Positions 46,315 through 55,498 of a stretch of DNA of 64,000 bases are shown here, piece after piece. Numbering within the stretch: position 1 is the stretch's first letter; each line of letters starts with the position of its first letter. Below the pieces are notes generated by a model that worked only from the letters and a program-made list of their open reading frames with translations, was not told the origin of the DNA and did no database searches. The position numbers and the translations under genes were made by a program. Source of the DNA: Chloroherpetonaceae bacterium (GTDB taxonomy: Bacteria; Bacteroidota; Chlorobiia; Chlorobiales; Thermochlorobacteraceae); the NCBI GenBank assembly GCA_025056565.1, contig JANWWA010000002.1:179456-243455 (forward strand). The letters are read 5' to 3'.

Positions 46315-46351
46315 AAGGCCGTCGACCCCAAAATCGGCGGCCTTATTTTTT
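46315..46351 (+). terminator. intrinsic terminator (plus-strand orientation)
   Basis: AAGGCCGTCGA-ccccaaaa-TCGGCGGCCTT forms an 11-bp stem with one G-U pair, followed by ATTTTTT. Confidence 0.7.
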
Positions 46352-46352
46352 A

Positions 46353-47372
46353 CTACCCTAATTTCATCGTCTCGCGCACTTCTTGCATGGTGGCTTGGGC
46401 CACCTTGCGTGCTCTGGCTTCACCGTCGTGCAAAATGTCGCGCACGCGTTCAGGCTGAGCCGCCAGCGATGCACGCCGCTCCAAGATTGGCTCGAGGAAA
46501 CGGGAAATGCTGTCCGCACAGCGTTTTTTGCACTCTACGCAGCCCAGCGTGCCGCTACGACAATCCCTATCAATTTCTGCCGTCTGAGCGGCGTCTGTAA
46601 ATTTCTTGTGATAAGCGAACACCGTGCAGATGTCAGGGTTGCCCGGGTCACCTTTGCGCACTTTTTGCGGGTCGGTAACGGCGGTGCGCATCTTTTTCAT
46701 CACTTCGTCGGGTGGGTCAGAAAGTAAAATCGTGTTACCGAGCGATTTTGACATTTTGGCTTTGCCGTCTAAGCCAACAAGGCGAGAAAAGCGGGTCAGT
46801 TTCCCTTCTGGTTCAGGAAAAACAGCGCTGCCATCTGGCTTGGGATACTGCTGATTGAACCGACGTGCAATTTCACGAGTGATTTCAATGTGCGGCAGTT
46901 GGTCTTCACCGACAGGCACAACTTCACCCTTGTAGAGCAGAATATCAGCAGCTTGCAAAACTGGATAGCCCAAATGCCCATAGACCACCGTTTCCAGTGC
47001 CAAATCTCGCACTTGCTCTTTAAGTGAAGGGTTTCGTTCCAAGCGAGAAGTCGTGATAAGCATTGAAAAAATGAGAAATAACTCAGTGTGCTCCTTTACC
47101 TGCGACTGGCGAAATACAGGGCTGCGCTCGGGGTCAATGCCGCACGCCAGCCAGTCAATGACCATCTCAATCGCATACTCGTAAAGATGCGAGGTGTCAA
47201 GGTTGGTGGTGAGTGAGTGGTAATCTGCGATAAGGTGAAAGTTCTGGTATGCAGGCTCACCGTTTGGCAAGCGTTCATTTTGCAGAGCTACCCAATTTTC
47301 CAGTGCGCCGACAAAATGCCCTAAGTGCAGCTTGCCAGTGGGACGCATACCACTTAAAATACGCTTGGTCAT
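46353..47372 (-). CDS. trpS: tryptophan--tRNA ligase
   Basis: The class I HIGH-type motif is GMRPTGKLHLGHFVGAL and the KMSKS motif is KMSKSLGN. Confidence 0.95.
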   Translation of the reverse strand: MTKRILSGMRPTGKLHLGHFVGALENWVALQNERLPNGEPAYQNFHLIADYHSLTTNLDTSHLYEYAIEMVIDWLACGIDPERSPVFRQSQVKEHTELFLIFSMLITTSRLERNPSLKEQVRDLALETVVYGHLGYPVLQAADILLYKGEVVPVGEDQLPHIEITREIARRFNQQYPKPDGSAVFPEPEGKLTRFSRLVGLDGKAKMSKSLGNTILLSDPPDEVMKKMRTAVTDPQKVRKGDPGNPDICTVFAYHKKFTDAAQTAEIDRDCRSGTLGCVECKKRCADSISRFLEPILERRASLAAQPERVRDILHDGEARARKVAQATMQEVRETMKLG

Positions 47373-47481
47373 TTGAGCGTCAAAAAGTTAGGCGATGTGA
47401 GCTTCGTGGTAGCAGTGTCAACTGTCCAACGTATCTTCATGGCTCGAGTCATCTTCTTAGGTTAGACCATGCGAGGGAAAG

Positions 47482-49671
47482 CTATATGAAAAACGGCGCA
47501 AGCACGAGCGTAATCGTAGAAAGTAGCTTAATGAGCACATGGAGCGACGGGCCGGCCGTATCCTTAAATGGGTCGCCCACCGTATCACCAACGACGGCAG
47601 CCTTGTGCTTGTCAGAGCCCTTGCCTGTGTTGGCAGCTTTATCACGCTTTTCGGTTTCAATAAACTTTTTGGCATTGTCCCAAGCACCCCCTGCATTGTT
47701 GAGAAAGAGCGCCATCAGAATACCAGCAATCGTGCCAATCATTAGTAGCCCTGCCACGACTTCTGCGCCCGTTGCGCCCGTTTTGCCATTGAGGGTATAA
47801 ATCGCCTTGAAAAGCACACCGACCGCAATTGGTGTTAGCACCACCAGCGCACCCGGCGTAACCATCTGCCTAAGGGCAGAGGCTGTAACGATATCCACAC
47901 AGGTGCGGTAGTCAGGCTTGAAATCAGCGGTAAATTCAATTTCACCGCTGGCGTTGCGTCTGAGCGCAGAAAATTGCCGACGCACTTCAACAATCACCGC
48001 TTGTGCAGCCTTGCCTACGGCACGAATCGCAAAGGAACTGAACACAAAGACAAGCATTGCCCCAATCATGCCACCAATAAACACCTCAGGCTTGGAAAGA
48101 TTGACAGCCTCGAGCGGCGCTCCGTAGTTGCGCAGTTCATCAAGGTAGGCACTGAAAAGCAAAAACGCAGCCAGTCCTGCTGACCCAACTGCGTAGCCCT
48201 TGGTCAGGGCTTTTGTCGTATTGCCAACTGCATCGAGCTTGTCGGTCTTTTCACGCACTGACTCAGGTTGCTCCGACATTTCCACAATGCCACCAGCATT
48301 ATCGGTAATCGGGCCAAAGGTATCCATTGCCAAAATGTAAGCCGCTGTGCCAAGCATGCCTAATGTAGCCACAGCAGTGCCAAATAGTCCTGCATCTTTC
48401 AAGCCAGAAGAGCTGCCTAAGTAGTAAGCGACGATAATCGCAGCGGAGATAGTAAGAATCGGAAAGGCAGTGCTTTCCAGCCCTACTGCGATGCCGCCAA
48501 TCACATTGGTAGCAGGCCCTGTCTTAGACGATTCTGCAATAGAGAGCACAGGGCGATATCGATACTCCGTGTAATACTGCGTGAGGTAGACAAACATTAG
48601 AGCTGTCGCCAAACCAACCAATCCGCAGAGGAAGAAATTAAGCCAATAAGCCCCCAAGAGCCACTTGGTTGCAACAAAGAAGCCAACTGCGGAAAGGGCG
48701 GTGGCCACATAGTAGCCACGGTTCAGCGCATTCATTGGGTTTTCATTGCCATCGGTTTTCACAACGAGCACCCCGATAAGAGAGGCAATCAGGCCAAACC
48801 CATTTGCAATCAGCGGAAAAAGCAGAACGCCTAAGATGGGAAGACTCTCCTGCTCAAATTGTGCTTGGTTGGAGAGATAAAGTCCAGCGGCAATAATCAT
48901 TGCGCCGATATTTTCAGCAGAGATAGATTCAAAAAGATCAGCACCACGACCGGCGCAGTCGCCAACGTTATCGCCAACAAGGTCGGCAATGACAGCTGGA
49001 TTGCGAGGGTCGTCTTCGGGAATGCCGGCTTCGACTTTGCCCACAAGGTCAGCCCCCACATCAGCGGCTTTGGTGTAGATACCGCCCCCAAGCTGAGCAA
49101 AAAGTGCCACAAACGATGCCCCAAAGCCAAACCCCGCAATCAACAGTGGAATCTTTGCAGGTGAGGTAATATTCAGTGCATTGATGATGGAAAAAAGCGT
49201 AGTGATGCCTAAGAGACTAAGCGTTACGACCAAAAAGCCCGAGACAGCACCACCACGCAGAGCAATGCGTAAGGCTTCGTTAAGCGAGCGGGTTGCAGCA
49301 GCTGCAGTACGAATGTTAGCGCGAATTGACACCCACATTCCAATATAGCCTGAGACCACTGAGCAAAGTGCCCCTACGACAAATGCCAGCATGGTCCAAA
49401 GGGCAAGAGCAACGGGATTTTGCACGGGGTCATGCTCCGTGGTGGCGCGTAAGAATGCGTAGAGAATGAAGAGCAAAAGCGCTGTCAGAATAGCAAGCAG
49501 AAAAATTGTGCGATTTTGCCGCGACAAAAAGGCTTCAGCGCCTTCTTTAATCGCATCAGAAATGCGGCGCATCGCATCACTGCCCATATCGCTCGAGAGC
49601 ACTTGACGCGTCAGAAATAGCGCAAAAAGTAAGCCGATACCGGCAGCAGAGAAAACAAAGGAAAGTTCCAT
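47482..49671 (-). CDS. hppA: membrane-bound proton-translocating pyrophosphatase, K+-independent type
   Basis: GGIYTKAADVGADLVGKVE, DNVGDCAGRGADLFES and DTVGDPFKDTAGPSL. GNTTKA carries Lys instead of Ala, which is the published determinant of K+ independence. I preferred the ATG at 49671 (MELSFVF...); the longest ORF adds 30 implausible residues. Confidence 0.92.
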   Translation of the reverse strand: MELSFVFSAAGIGLLFALFLTRQVLSSDMGSDAMRRISDAIKEGAEAFLSRQNRTIFLLAILTALLLFILYAFLRATTEHDPVQNPVALALWTMLAFVVGALCSVVSGYIGMWVSIRANIRTAAAATRSLNEALRIALRGGAVSGFLVVTLSLLGITTLFSIINALNITSPAKIPLLIAGFGFGASFVALFAQLGGGIYTKAADVGADLVGKVEAGIPEDDPRNPAVIADLVGDNVGDCAGRGADLFESISAENIGAMIIAAGLYLSNQAQFEQESLPILGVLLFPLIANGFGLIASLIGVLVVKTDGNENPMNALNRGYYVATALSAVGFFVATKWLLGAYWLNFFLCGLVGLATALMFVYLTQYYTEYRYRPVLSIAESSKTGPATNVIGGIAVGLESTAFPILTISAAIIVAYYLGSSSGLKDAGLFGTAVATLGMLGTAAYILAMDTFGPITDNAGGIVEMSEQPESVREKTDKLDAVGNTTKALTKGYAVGSAGLAAFLLFSAYLDELRNYGAPLEAVNLSKPEVFIGGMIGAMLVFVFSSFAIRAVGKAAQAVIVEVRRQFSALRRNASGEIEFTADFKPDYRTCVDIVTASALRQMVTPGALVVLTPIAVGVLFKAIYTLNGKTGATGAEVVAGLLMIGTIAGILMALFLNNAGGAWDNAKKFIETEKRDKAANTGKGSDKHKAAVVGDTVGDPFKDTAGPSLHVLIKLLSTITLVLAPFFI

Positions 49672-50003
49672 ACTGCAAGTGTTTTTGTTGCCTTGTTGAC
49701 ATTCTGACCATCTGAAGCACGGCGCTTCATGACGGTGTGCGAAGATAGCGATTTTGCACAATTGTGCCGTTTTGCAACAAGCAAATGTTGGATAGTGTGG
49801 AGCACATCGCAGCGTGATGCATTACGCCGGCTTGCTACTGCAGTCGCTTTGAGGCAGCCAAGACAAGAGAAGCAAGTGCGAAGCCGCAAGGGGCGCTTGG
49901 CTTTGAGGATGTAGTGGCATGCTCTCTACGGCAAGGCGAAGTTTGAGAAGTAGCCCAAACGCCGTATCTTGAAGCCGTCTTGTCAATTTTATGCACATCA
50001 CGA

Positions 50004-50360
50004 ATGGCTTCATCAGATGATTTCGCTCAAGCTGACCCGTTCCGCAATGGACACCTGCGGTTAGACCCGAACAAGCAGAAAGAATTCTTCAAGCTGGTGC
50101 AAGAGAAATACAACGGTGATTTGTATGCAGCCTTGCGACGAGCGATTGACTACTTTCTGGTCTATGAAAAATCTGCTAACCTCAAGCGAGTCTCAGAAAC
50201 GCTGCAAGAAATTCAGAGCAAAATCCTGCGCATCAAGGAAATGAGTTCTCAGATTTCGGATACGATGAAGACTATCAACGAAACAAATGCGCGCCTGCGG
50301 GAAGCGCGTGACGCACAAGAAGCTCAAGAAGCAAAGCGCAACGGTGCGGCTCAGAACTGA
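50004..50360 (+). CDS. hypothetical protein, possible ribbon-helix-helix N-terminus plus coiled-coil tail
   Basis: HLRLDPNKQKEFFKLVQEKYNGDLYAALRRAIDYFL has a strand-helix-helix pattern reminiscent of Arc/CopG. The C-terminal 60 aa are heptad-like and charged. The function call is weak. Confidence 0.45.
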   Translation: MASSDDFAQADPFRNGHLRLDPNKQKEFFKLVQEKYNGDLYAALRRAIDYFLVYEKSANLKRVSETLQEIQSKILRIKEMSSQISDTMKTINETNARLREARDAQEAQEAKRNGAAQN

Positions 50361-51865
50361 AAGTAGATGAATGGCTGCATATCAGCCGAAATGGCTTGAT
50401 AGAGTGCAAAGATGGTTAGGGCAGCGATTGCAGCCTTTGCATACACAGGTGTGCGCACGAAGAAATCTTTTCCGCTTTCCTTCCAAGCCAATGGCATCCA
50501 CTGCCAGAAAAAGCCTAATGCCATCACGCTAAAGACTGCTGCATAGCCCGACACCACGCTGGGAATCAAGGCAAACTCAATGCCGCCTGCAAGCTTTTGC
50601 AGCATTTCGAAGGCGAGTTCAAGCGACTCCGCCCGAAAGAAAATGCGTGTAAAAGTGATGAACGAAAAAGTAAGCAGCACAGAGACGACAGTGATAAATG
50701 GGCTGGTGCTGTCTTTAATAGGACTAATGCGCCGCCAGTAGCGGTAAAAAAGCAGTGCTAAGCCGTTCAAGCCGCCCCAAATCACAAAGTTCCAGCTTGC
50801 GCCGTGCCATAAGCCACCCAAGAGCATCGTCAGCATAATATTCAAGTTTGTGCGCCATTCACCGTAACGATTGCCGCCTAAAGGAATGTAGAGGTAGTCC
50901 CGCAGCCAAGTAGAGAGGGAAATATGCCAGCGCCGCCAGAAGTCAGCGACGTTCTCTGCTTTATGCGGTTCATTGAAGTTTGCAGGGAGTCTGAATCCCA
51001 TTACTTGTGAAAGACCGATGGCAATATCGGTGTAGCCTGAAAAATCGCAGTAGACCTGCAGCGAGTAGCCGTAGCACGCCATCAAAGCCTCAAAGCCTGT
51101 GTAGGCGCTGGGGTGCGCAAAGACGCGGTCAATGAAGTTGACTGAGATAAAGTCGCTCACAAGCATTTTCTTCGTAAGACCCTTGAGAATGAGAAAAAGC
51201 GCTACGCCAAACTCTCTCTCACTGAGCTGATAGGGCTTTTGCATCTGCGGAATGAAGGTTGTGGCACGCACGATGGGTCCAGCGACCAGTTGCGGAAAGA
51301 AGGTAACGAAGAAGCCAAAGTCCAAGAGGTTGTGAAGCGGCGCCAGCTCTTTGCGATAGACATCAACCACATAGCTAAGCTTCTGGAAGGTGAAAAAGGA
51401 AATACCAATTGGCAGGATAATGTGCTCAACATCGAAGCGCGTGCCAAGAAAGCCATTTGCCCAGTGGGCGATGAAGTTGAAAACTTTAAGGTCTGTCTGA
51501 AATAGCGCATTGTAGGTGTCAGTAAAAAAGTATGCGTATTTGAAATACGCTAGAACACCTAAATTCAAAAGCACGCTTGCCCAAAGCCAAAGTGGTCGGG
51601 TGCGCTCAGACGCGGCAGGTATCTGACGCGCAATTGCATAATCTGCAAGCGTAGAGAAAAAAAGCAATAGCACGAAAAGTCCAGCAGTCTTGTAGTAAAA
51701 GAAGAGGCTGACAAAGAAGAGATAGGCATTGCGCCAGCTAAGGCGTTGATAGACAAGCGTATAGCCAGCCAAGACTGCTGCAAAAAACCACCAAAACGCG
51801 CTGCGTGTAAAAATCATTGGCGTCTCGGGGTGATAGAACAATATGGATTCCAGCCAAGTCAGCAT
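50351..51865 (-). CDS. MBOAT family membrane-bound O-acyltransferase (AlgI/DltB/PatA-like)
   Basis: 504 aa and polytopic. FWRRWHISLSTWLRDYLYIPLGGNR...GLWHGASWNFVIWG includes the conserved MBOAT His. Confidence 0.9.
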   Translation of the reverse strand: MLTWLESILFYHPETPMIFTRSAFWWFFAAVLAGYTLVYQRLSWRNAYLFFVSLFFYYKTAGLFVLLLFFSTLADYAIARQIPAASERTRPLWLWASVLLNLGVLAYFKYAYFFTDTYNALFQTDLKVFNFIAHWANGFLGTRFDVEHIILPIGISFFTFQKLSYVVDVYRKELAPLHNLLDFGFFVTFFPQLVAGPIVRATTFIPQMQKPYQLSEREFGVALFLILKGLTKKMLVSDFISVNFIDRVFAHPSAYTGFEALMACYGYSLQVYCDFSGYTDIAIGLSQVMGFRLPANFNEPHKAENVADFWRRWHISLSTWLRDYLYIPLGGNRYGEWRTNLNIMLTMLLGGLWHGASWNFVIWGGLNGLALLFYRYWRRISPIKDSTSPFITVVSVLLTFSFITFTRIFFRAESLELAFEMLQKLAGGIEFALIPSVVSGYAAVFSVMALGFFWQWMPLAWKESGKDFFVRTPVYAKAAIAALTIFALYQAISADMQPFIYFQF

Positions 51866-51873
51866 TTCGAGTC

Positions 51874-53205
51874 TTAGTGTGTTGGTGCAAAGCGATGGTG
51901 ATAAGTTTGGTAGGCGCGCACGAAGGCTTCAAAGAAAAGCTCACCTAAGAGAGTGTACCCGTCGTGGTTAAAATGCACACGGTCGCGTTTAGCGAGATGA
52001 GCACGCTGCCATTGGGTGAAAGATTTGAGGCCGCCCATAACTTCAAATAAGTCCCAGACGGCGGCACGATAGCGCTGAGCCAAGCGCAAGATTGCTTGAC
52101 GTGCAGCCAGTGTGTTTGCGTTAGCTTGCTTGCTGCGTCGGAGATTATCGCTGTTGGTGATGAGCAAAAGCGCAGCATGGGGTGCGGCTGACTTAATGCG
52201 TTGCAGCAAGGCTTCATACTCTGCCTCAAACTGCTGTGCGTTGAACCCACGGCTGCGCGTGTCGTTGACGCCAATGGATGAAATCACCAAGTCGGGCGAG
52301 AGTATAGAAAGCTCTGCAGCCAAGTGCTCGCAATGCAGATATGCACGCAGCGTTGCACCATTGACTCCAATTGCACTGTATGAAAAGCCAGGTGCATCGT
52401 TTTCCAAGAGTAAACCGCGCAAAAGAAACGGTCCTTGCCCTGAGATGCGCCTGAATTGCAAGCGCAACTCGGTAAGGCTTTCTGAAAAGCGAAATTCCGT
52501 GTAGCCCGCTGCCTCATGTACAAGACGCTCACACGGTTGCCTTAGACCAACTGGCTCAATCTCATAGTCTTTGGACTCGATGTTGTGAAAAACTTTGACG
52601 CGGTGAAATGCATACTGCGGATAGGGATAATCCAGCCAGCCCGGACCAGTAAGCGTAATTTCTAGCTCAGCAAGACTGTCAGCGGTTGAAGCGGCCACGC
52701 CAGCTACGCCGAGTGGTGTAGGGTCTTTGAGTTTCACATTGCGATGTCCTTTCCAGTGTCCCGAATAGCTCACCCTAAAGTTCGGTGAGCCATTTGAGCG
52801 TATGAGCTTTTGCGGAAAAATAAGCCCTCGCTCCCCTTCGCAATCTGGGAACCACTCCCGTAAGCGCCGACGTATTTCCCCTGTCCAAATGTCTGCCTGC
52901 ACATGGGAACCACCGAAATGCACAATGCGCACTTTCTCAGAGCGATGCTGAGCAAGACTGTCAATTTTGGCAAATAGTCGCTGAAACGCAGGGGATAAAC
53001 CAGCAGGGAAAACCAATTGATTCGCATCGTAGCGAATGAAGCTGTATCGTTTCTCGGAAGGATTTTTCTTGCGCAGCGGTGAGAGGGCAAGGCGGAGAGC
53101 AGGCTCATGAAGCGCTGCAAAAGACAAGGGCGCAAAAGCAGAGCCACAGAGCACATAGCAGAGCAGCAGACGACCAAGCACCTTATAGGGATTTTTTGTG
53201 TGCAT
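51874..53205 (-). CDS. SGNH/GDSL-like hydrolase-acyltransferase partner protein (secreted)
   Basis: The signal-like N-terminus from the ATG at 53205 is MHTKNPYKVLGRLLLCYVLCGSAFA. Block I-like is IVHFGGSHVQADIW, block III-like is SIGVNDT and block V-like is DRVHFNHDGY. Confidence 0.7.
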   Translation of the reverse strand: MHTKNPYKVLGRLLLCYVLCGSAFAPLSFAALHEPALRLALSPLRKKNPSEKRYSFIRYDANQLVFPAGLSPAFQRLFAKIDSLAQHRSEKVRIVHFGGSHVQADIWTGEIRRRLREWFPDCEGERGLIFPQKLIRSNGSPNFRVSYSGHWKGHRNVKLKDPTPLGVAGVAASTADSLAELEITLTGPGWLDYPYPQYAFHRVKVFHNIESKDYEIEPVGLRQPCERLVHEAAGYTEFRFSESLTELRLQFRRISGQGPFLLRGLLLENDAPGFSYSAIGVNGATLRAYLHCEHLAAELSILSPDLVISSIGVNDTRSRGFNAQQFEAEYEALLQRIKSAAPHAALLLITNSDNLRRSKQANANTLAARQAILRLAQRYRAAVWDLFEVMGGLKSFTQWQRAHLAKRDRVHFNHDGYTLLGELFFEAFVRAYQTYHHRFAPTH

Positions 53206-54613
53206 TTGAACGCTTTGTGGTAGAATGCAGTGAGCGAAGTTTTGCATCTTGATACTGGCGATAATCACTAAGGAAAGATTGAACAAACATCTCGGCAATT
53301 TTCTGTGCGCCTTGCCGCGTAAAATGTGTGTAATCTTCAATAGCCAGCTTTTGTTTCACCCACTTTGGCATTGAGTTTTTCCCGCCCATTGCCGCATACA
53401 TATCCCAATAGACACCGCCAAAACGATGTGTGGTGCGCATCATCATCTCACGCACCTCAGGCAAGAATGGATAGGTAACATAACGGTCTTTGACTTTGGT
53501 GGACATATCCGCAGGCCCAATCACAATGAGCTGCAAGCCAAGCGAAGTGAGGAAACGAAATTGCTTGGTGAGCTGAACTTCATACCACTCAAGGTCTTTT
53601 TGGTCCTTGATAGCCGGCACAGTGTTGCCACCAAATTGGAAAATCACGGCTTTGGCATTAAGAAGCTGAACGCTTTCGGCAAAAAGTGCCGAGTCGCCTT
53701 TGGTGAATTCTATGCCTGATGAGCCGCGAATCGGGAGATTATCTACAGCAACGCCACATTTGCCATCGAGCAGAATACCGTAGACTTCGGGGCTATGGCC
53801 GATAAACTGCAAGCTGAGCGCTTCTTCTGGCTCAGCAAGCAGCCACTCTACTTTGCTCAGTCGCCGATTTTTCTGCAGAGGTTTTTCGCCCACTCGTCCT
53901 GTGCGAGTGCTGAGCGTAAGTTTCGCAGGACTTTTGGCATTGCCGTAAAGCACGCCGACTTTCTCAATGCCAAGCTGCGCAGGAGAAGTATTCTTGCGCT
54001 TAAAAGAAAGCATAGCACGGTCATTTTGATAGTCGCAATACGCAGCCATAATGCCGAAGCGATTGTGGGTAGGCTTCGAACTATCACCAAAGGCTGCATA
54101 GCGTGCCCAATTGTCAGACCAGCTATGAGAAATAGAGAGGGAGTTAGCGAGTGGCTTAGCGGAAAGAAGCCCAACACCTGAGCCCCCGAAGACTTTTTGC
54201 AGCGAGGCGCGAATAGTGTGGGTCATTCGGTCTTCTTCAATCTGTGAGTCGCCATAGTGCAAAATGCGAACCAGAGAGCTTTCCTGCTGAGCGCGTTCCA
54301 ACGCTGCAAAGAGCGGATAGAGCACGCTCTTGTCGTCGTTTGGATAAATCAAGCGTGTGGAGTCGGTGTAATCAATGCGGTAGGTGGTCGGGGTAAGCAC
54401 GGTGCTTGCCTCAGGCGATGTAGGGAGCGCACTCGCAAATGCAGTCTCGGTTGCCTGAGGCTCATCTGTAAGACCCAGTGCTTCTCTCAGCGAAATAAAG
54501 CGTAGCGATAACTTGTCTCCCAAACGGATACCTTCCTCAGGGAAAATGGCAGCAAGAATGCCCAAAAGAAGGAAAACGCTGAGCAGAAATAGCAGAGTCT
54601 TAGTTGGCTGCAT
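53183..54613 (-). CDS. SGNH/GDSL-like hydrolase-acyltransferase partner protein (N-terminal membrane anchor)
   Basis: The anchor from the ATG at 54613 is MQPTKTLLFLLSVFLLLGILAAIF. Block I-like is ILHYGDSQIEED, followed by VIFQFGGNT, and block V-like is DYTHFTRQG. Confidence 0.7.
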   Translation of the reverse strand: MQPTKTLLFLLSVFLLLGILAAIFPEEGIRLGDKLSLRFISLREALGLTDEPQATETAFASALPTSPEASTVLTPTTYRIDYTDSTRLIYPNDDKSVLYPLFAALERAQQESSLVRILHYGDSQIEEDRMTHTIRASLQKVFGGSGVGLLSAKPLANSLSISHSWSDNWARYAAFGDSSKPTHNRFGIMAAYCDYQNDRAMLSFKRKNTSPAQLGIEKVGVLYGNAKSPAKLTLSTRTGRVGEKPLQKNRRLSKVEWLLAEPEEALSLQFIGHSPEVYGILLDGKCGVAVDNLPIRGSSGIEFTKGDSALFAESVQLLNAKAVIFQFGGNTVPAIKDQKDLEWYEVQLTKQFRFLTSLGLQLIVIGPADMSTKVKDRYVTYPFLPEVREMMMRTTHRFGGVYWDMYAAMGGKNSMPKWVKQKLAIEDYTHFTRQGAQKIAEMFVQSFLSDYRQYQDAKLRSLHSTTKRSNAHKKSL

Positions 54614-54799
54614 TAAGCACTTGGTTTTAACCAACGCACATAGGCCCAAATATAGTGAATTGCTTTGCGAAAAGACGAGGGAGATACGCGCTACGGCTTG
54701 CTCTGTCCTGCTACGGAGTGCAAGTGTTCTGCAAAAGCTCTATTGCACGCAAGCGCCCATCGGGGCGAGTGTAGCGCGCCCTGACGGATTGATAGCGCG

Positions 54800-55093
54800 T
54801 TAAAATTTTCTCCGCTTCACCATTGCCTCACGAATGCCTGATGGTAGCGAATCAGGACGGGCAATCGCAAGGCTGAACTGCGCCACTGTGCTAATGGGTT
54901 TCAGCGGCGCAAAAAGCGTGTAGAGCGCTTCGTTGTCCAAACCTATCGCCAGAAGCGAATCGGCAAGGCCTTGTTCTTCGGGCGTGAGCGCGGAGACGTC
55001 AAAACATTTGGCGCGAAGCGATGGGGGCACGTCTAGCGCGCGGCAACTTGCAAGACACGCCGCTACGCAAAAGCAAATCAGCCAGCGATTCAT
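54800..55093 (-). CDS. small lipoprotein (hypothetical)
   Basis: 97 aa with the lipobox CVAACLASC. It overlaps the upstream gene's stop by 4 nt. Confidence 0.5.
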   Translation of the reverse strand: MNRWLICFCVAACLASCRALDVPPSLRAKCFDVSALTPEEQGLADSLLAIGLDNEALYTLFAPLKPISTVAQFSLAIARPDSLPSGIREAMVKRRKF

Positions 55094-55473
55094 TTTTGAG
55101 GTTCAGGTTGCGGGCTTTGGGTTTCGGACTTCAAAGCGCAGAGCGACGCAAGAACAAGCTGCAGATTTAGCGCGGCAATCAGCGTCAGTAGCGCAACTTG
55201 ATGCCACTCAATCGGCGATTCCAAAAGATGCGCAATCGGGTGCGCGATGTTGCTCAAAAGAAACAAGGCGCTAATGACGAGATTGGTCAGCATTAGCCAG
55301 CGCGCGTTCAGAAAAGCGTTCATCGCCGCCATAGCAAGATGCGTCGAGAAAACCAGCGTGAGTTGCCACAAGAGCGCCGAGAGTTTCTGCGCCAATTCCG
55401 CCTTTGGCGCAATCGCTTGATACGCCAGCGGAATGATGCCCAAGACGCTATGCGCCAAAAGTCCCAGAAGCAT
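55090..55473 (-). CDS. hypothetical 4-TM membrane protein
   Basis: 127 aa with four hydrophobic segments. No family recognised. Confidence 0.45.
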   Translation of the reverse strand: MLLGLLAHSVLGIIPLAYQAIAPKAELAQKLSALLWQLTLVFSTHLAMAAMNAFLNARWLMLTNLVISALFLLSNIAHPIAHLLESPIEWHQVALLTLIAALNLQLVLASLCALKSETQSPQPEPQK

Positions 55474-55498
55474 CGCAAGCCAAAGCAGCGCGATAGCG

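Noticed and set aside
49756-49767. A perfect 12-bp palindrome, GCACAATTGTGC, in the hppA / RHH-like-ORF divergent region, considered as an operator.
   Set aside because: Perfect 12-bp palindromes are expected about 15 times by chance in 64 kb, and I found no second copy or flanking symmetry. It is kept only as context for the RHH-like ORF.
51874-53340. The full-length 488-aa versions of both SGNH-like ORFs, which would overlap by 158 nt.
   Set aside because: Internal ATGs at 53205 and 54613 give proper signal or anchor peptides and reduce the overlap to 23 nt. The upstream extensions lack any motif.
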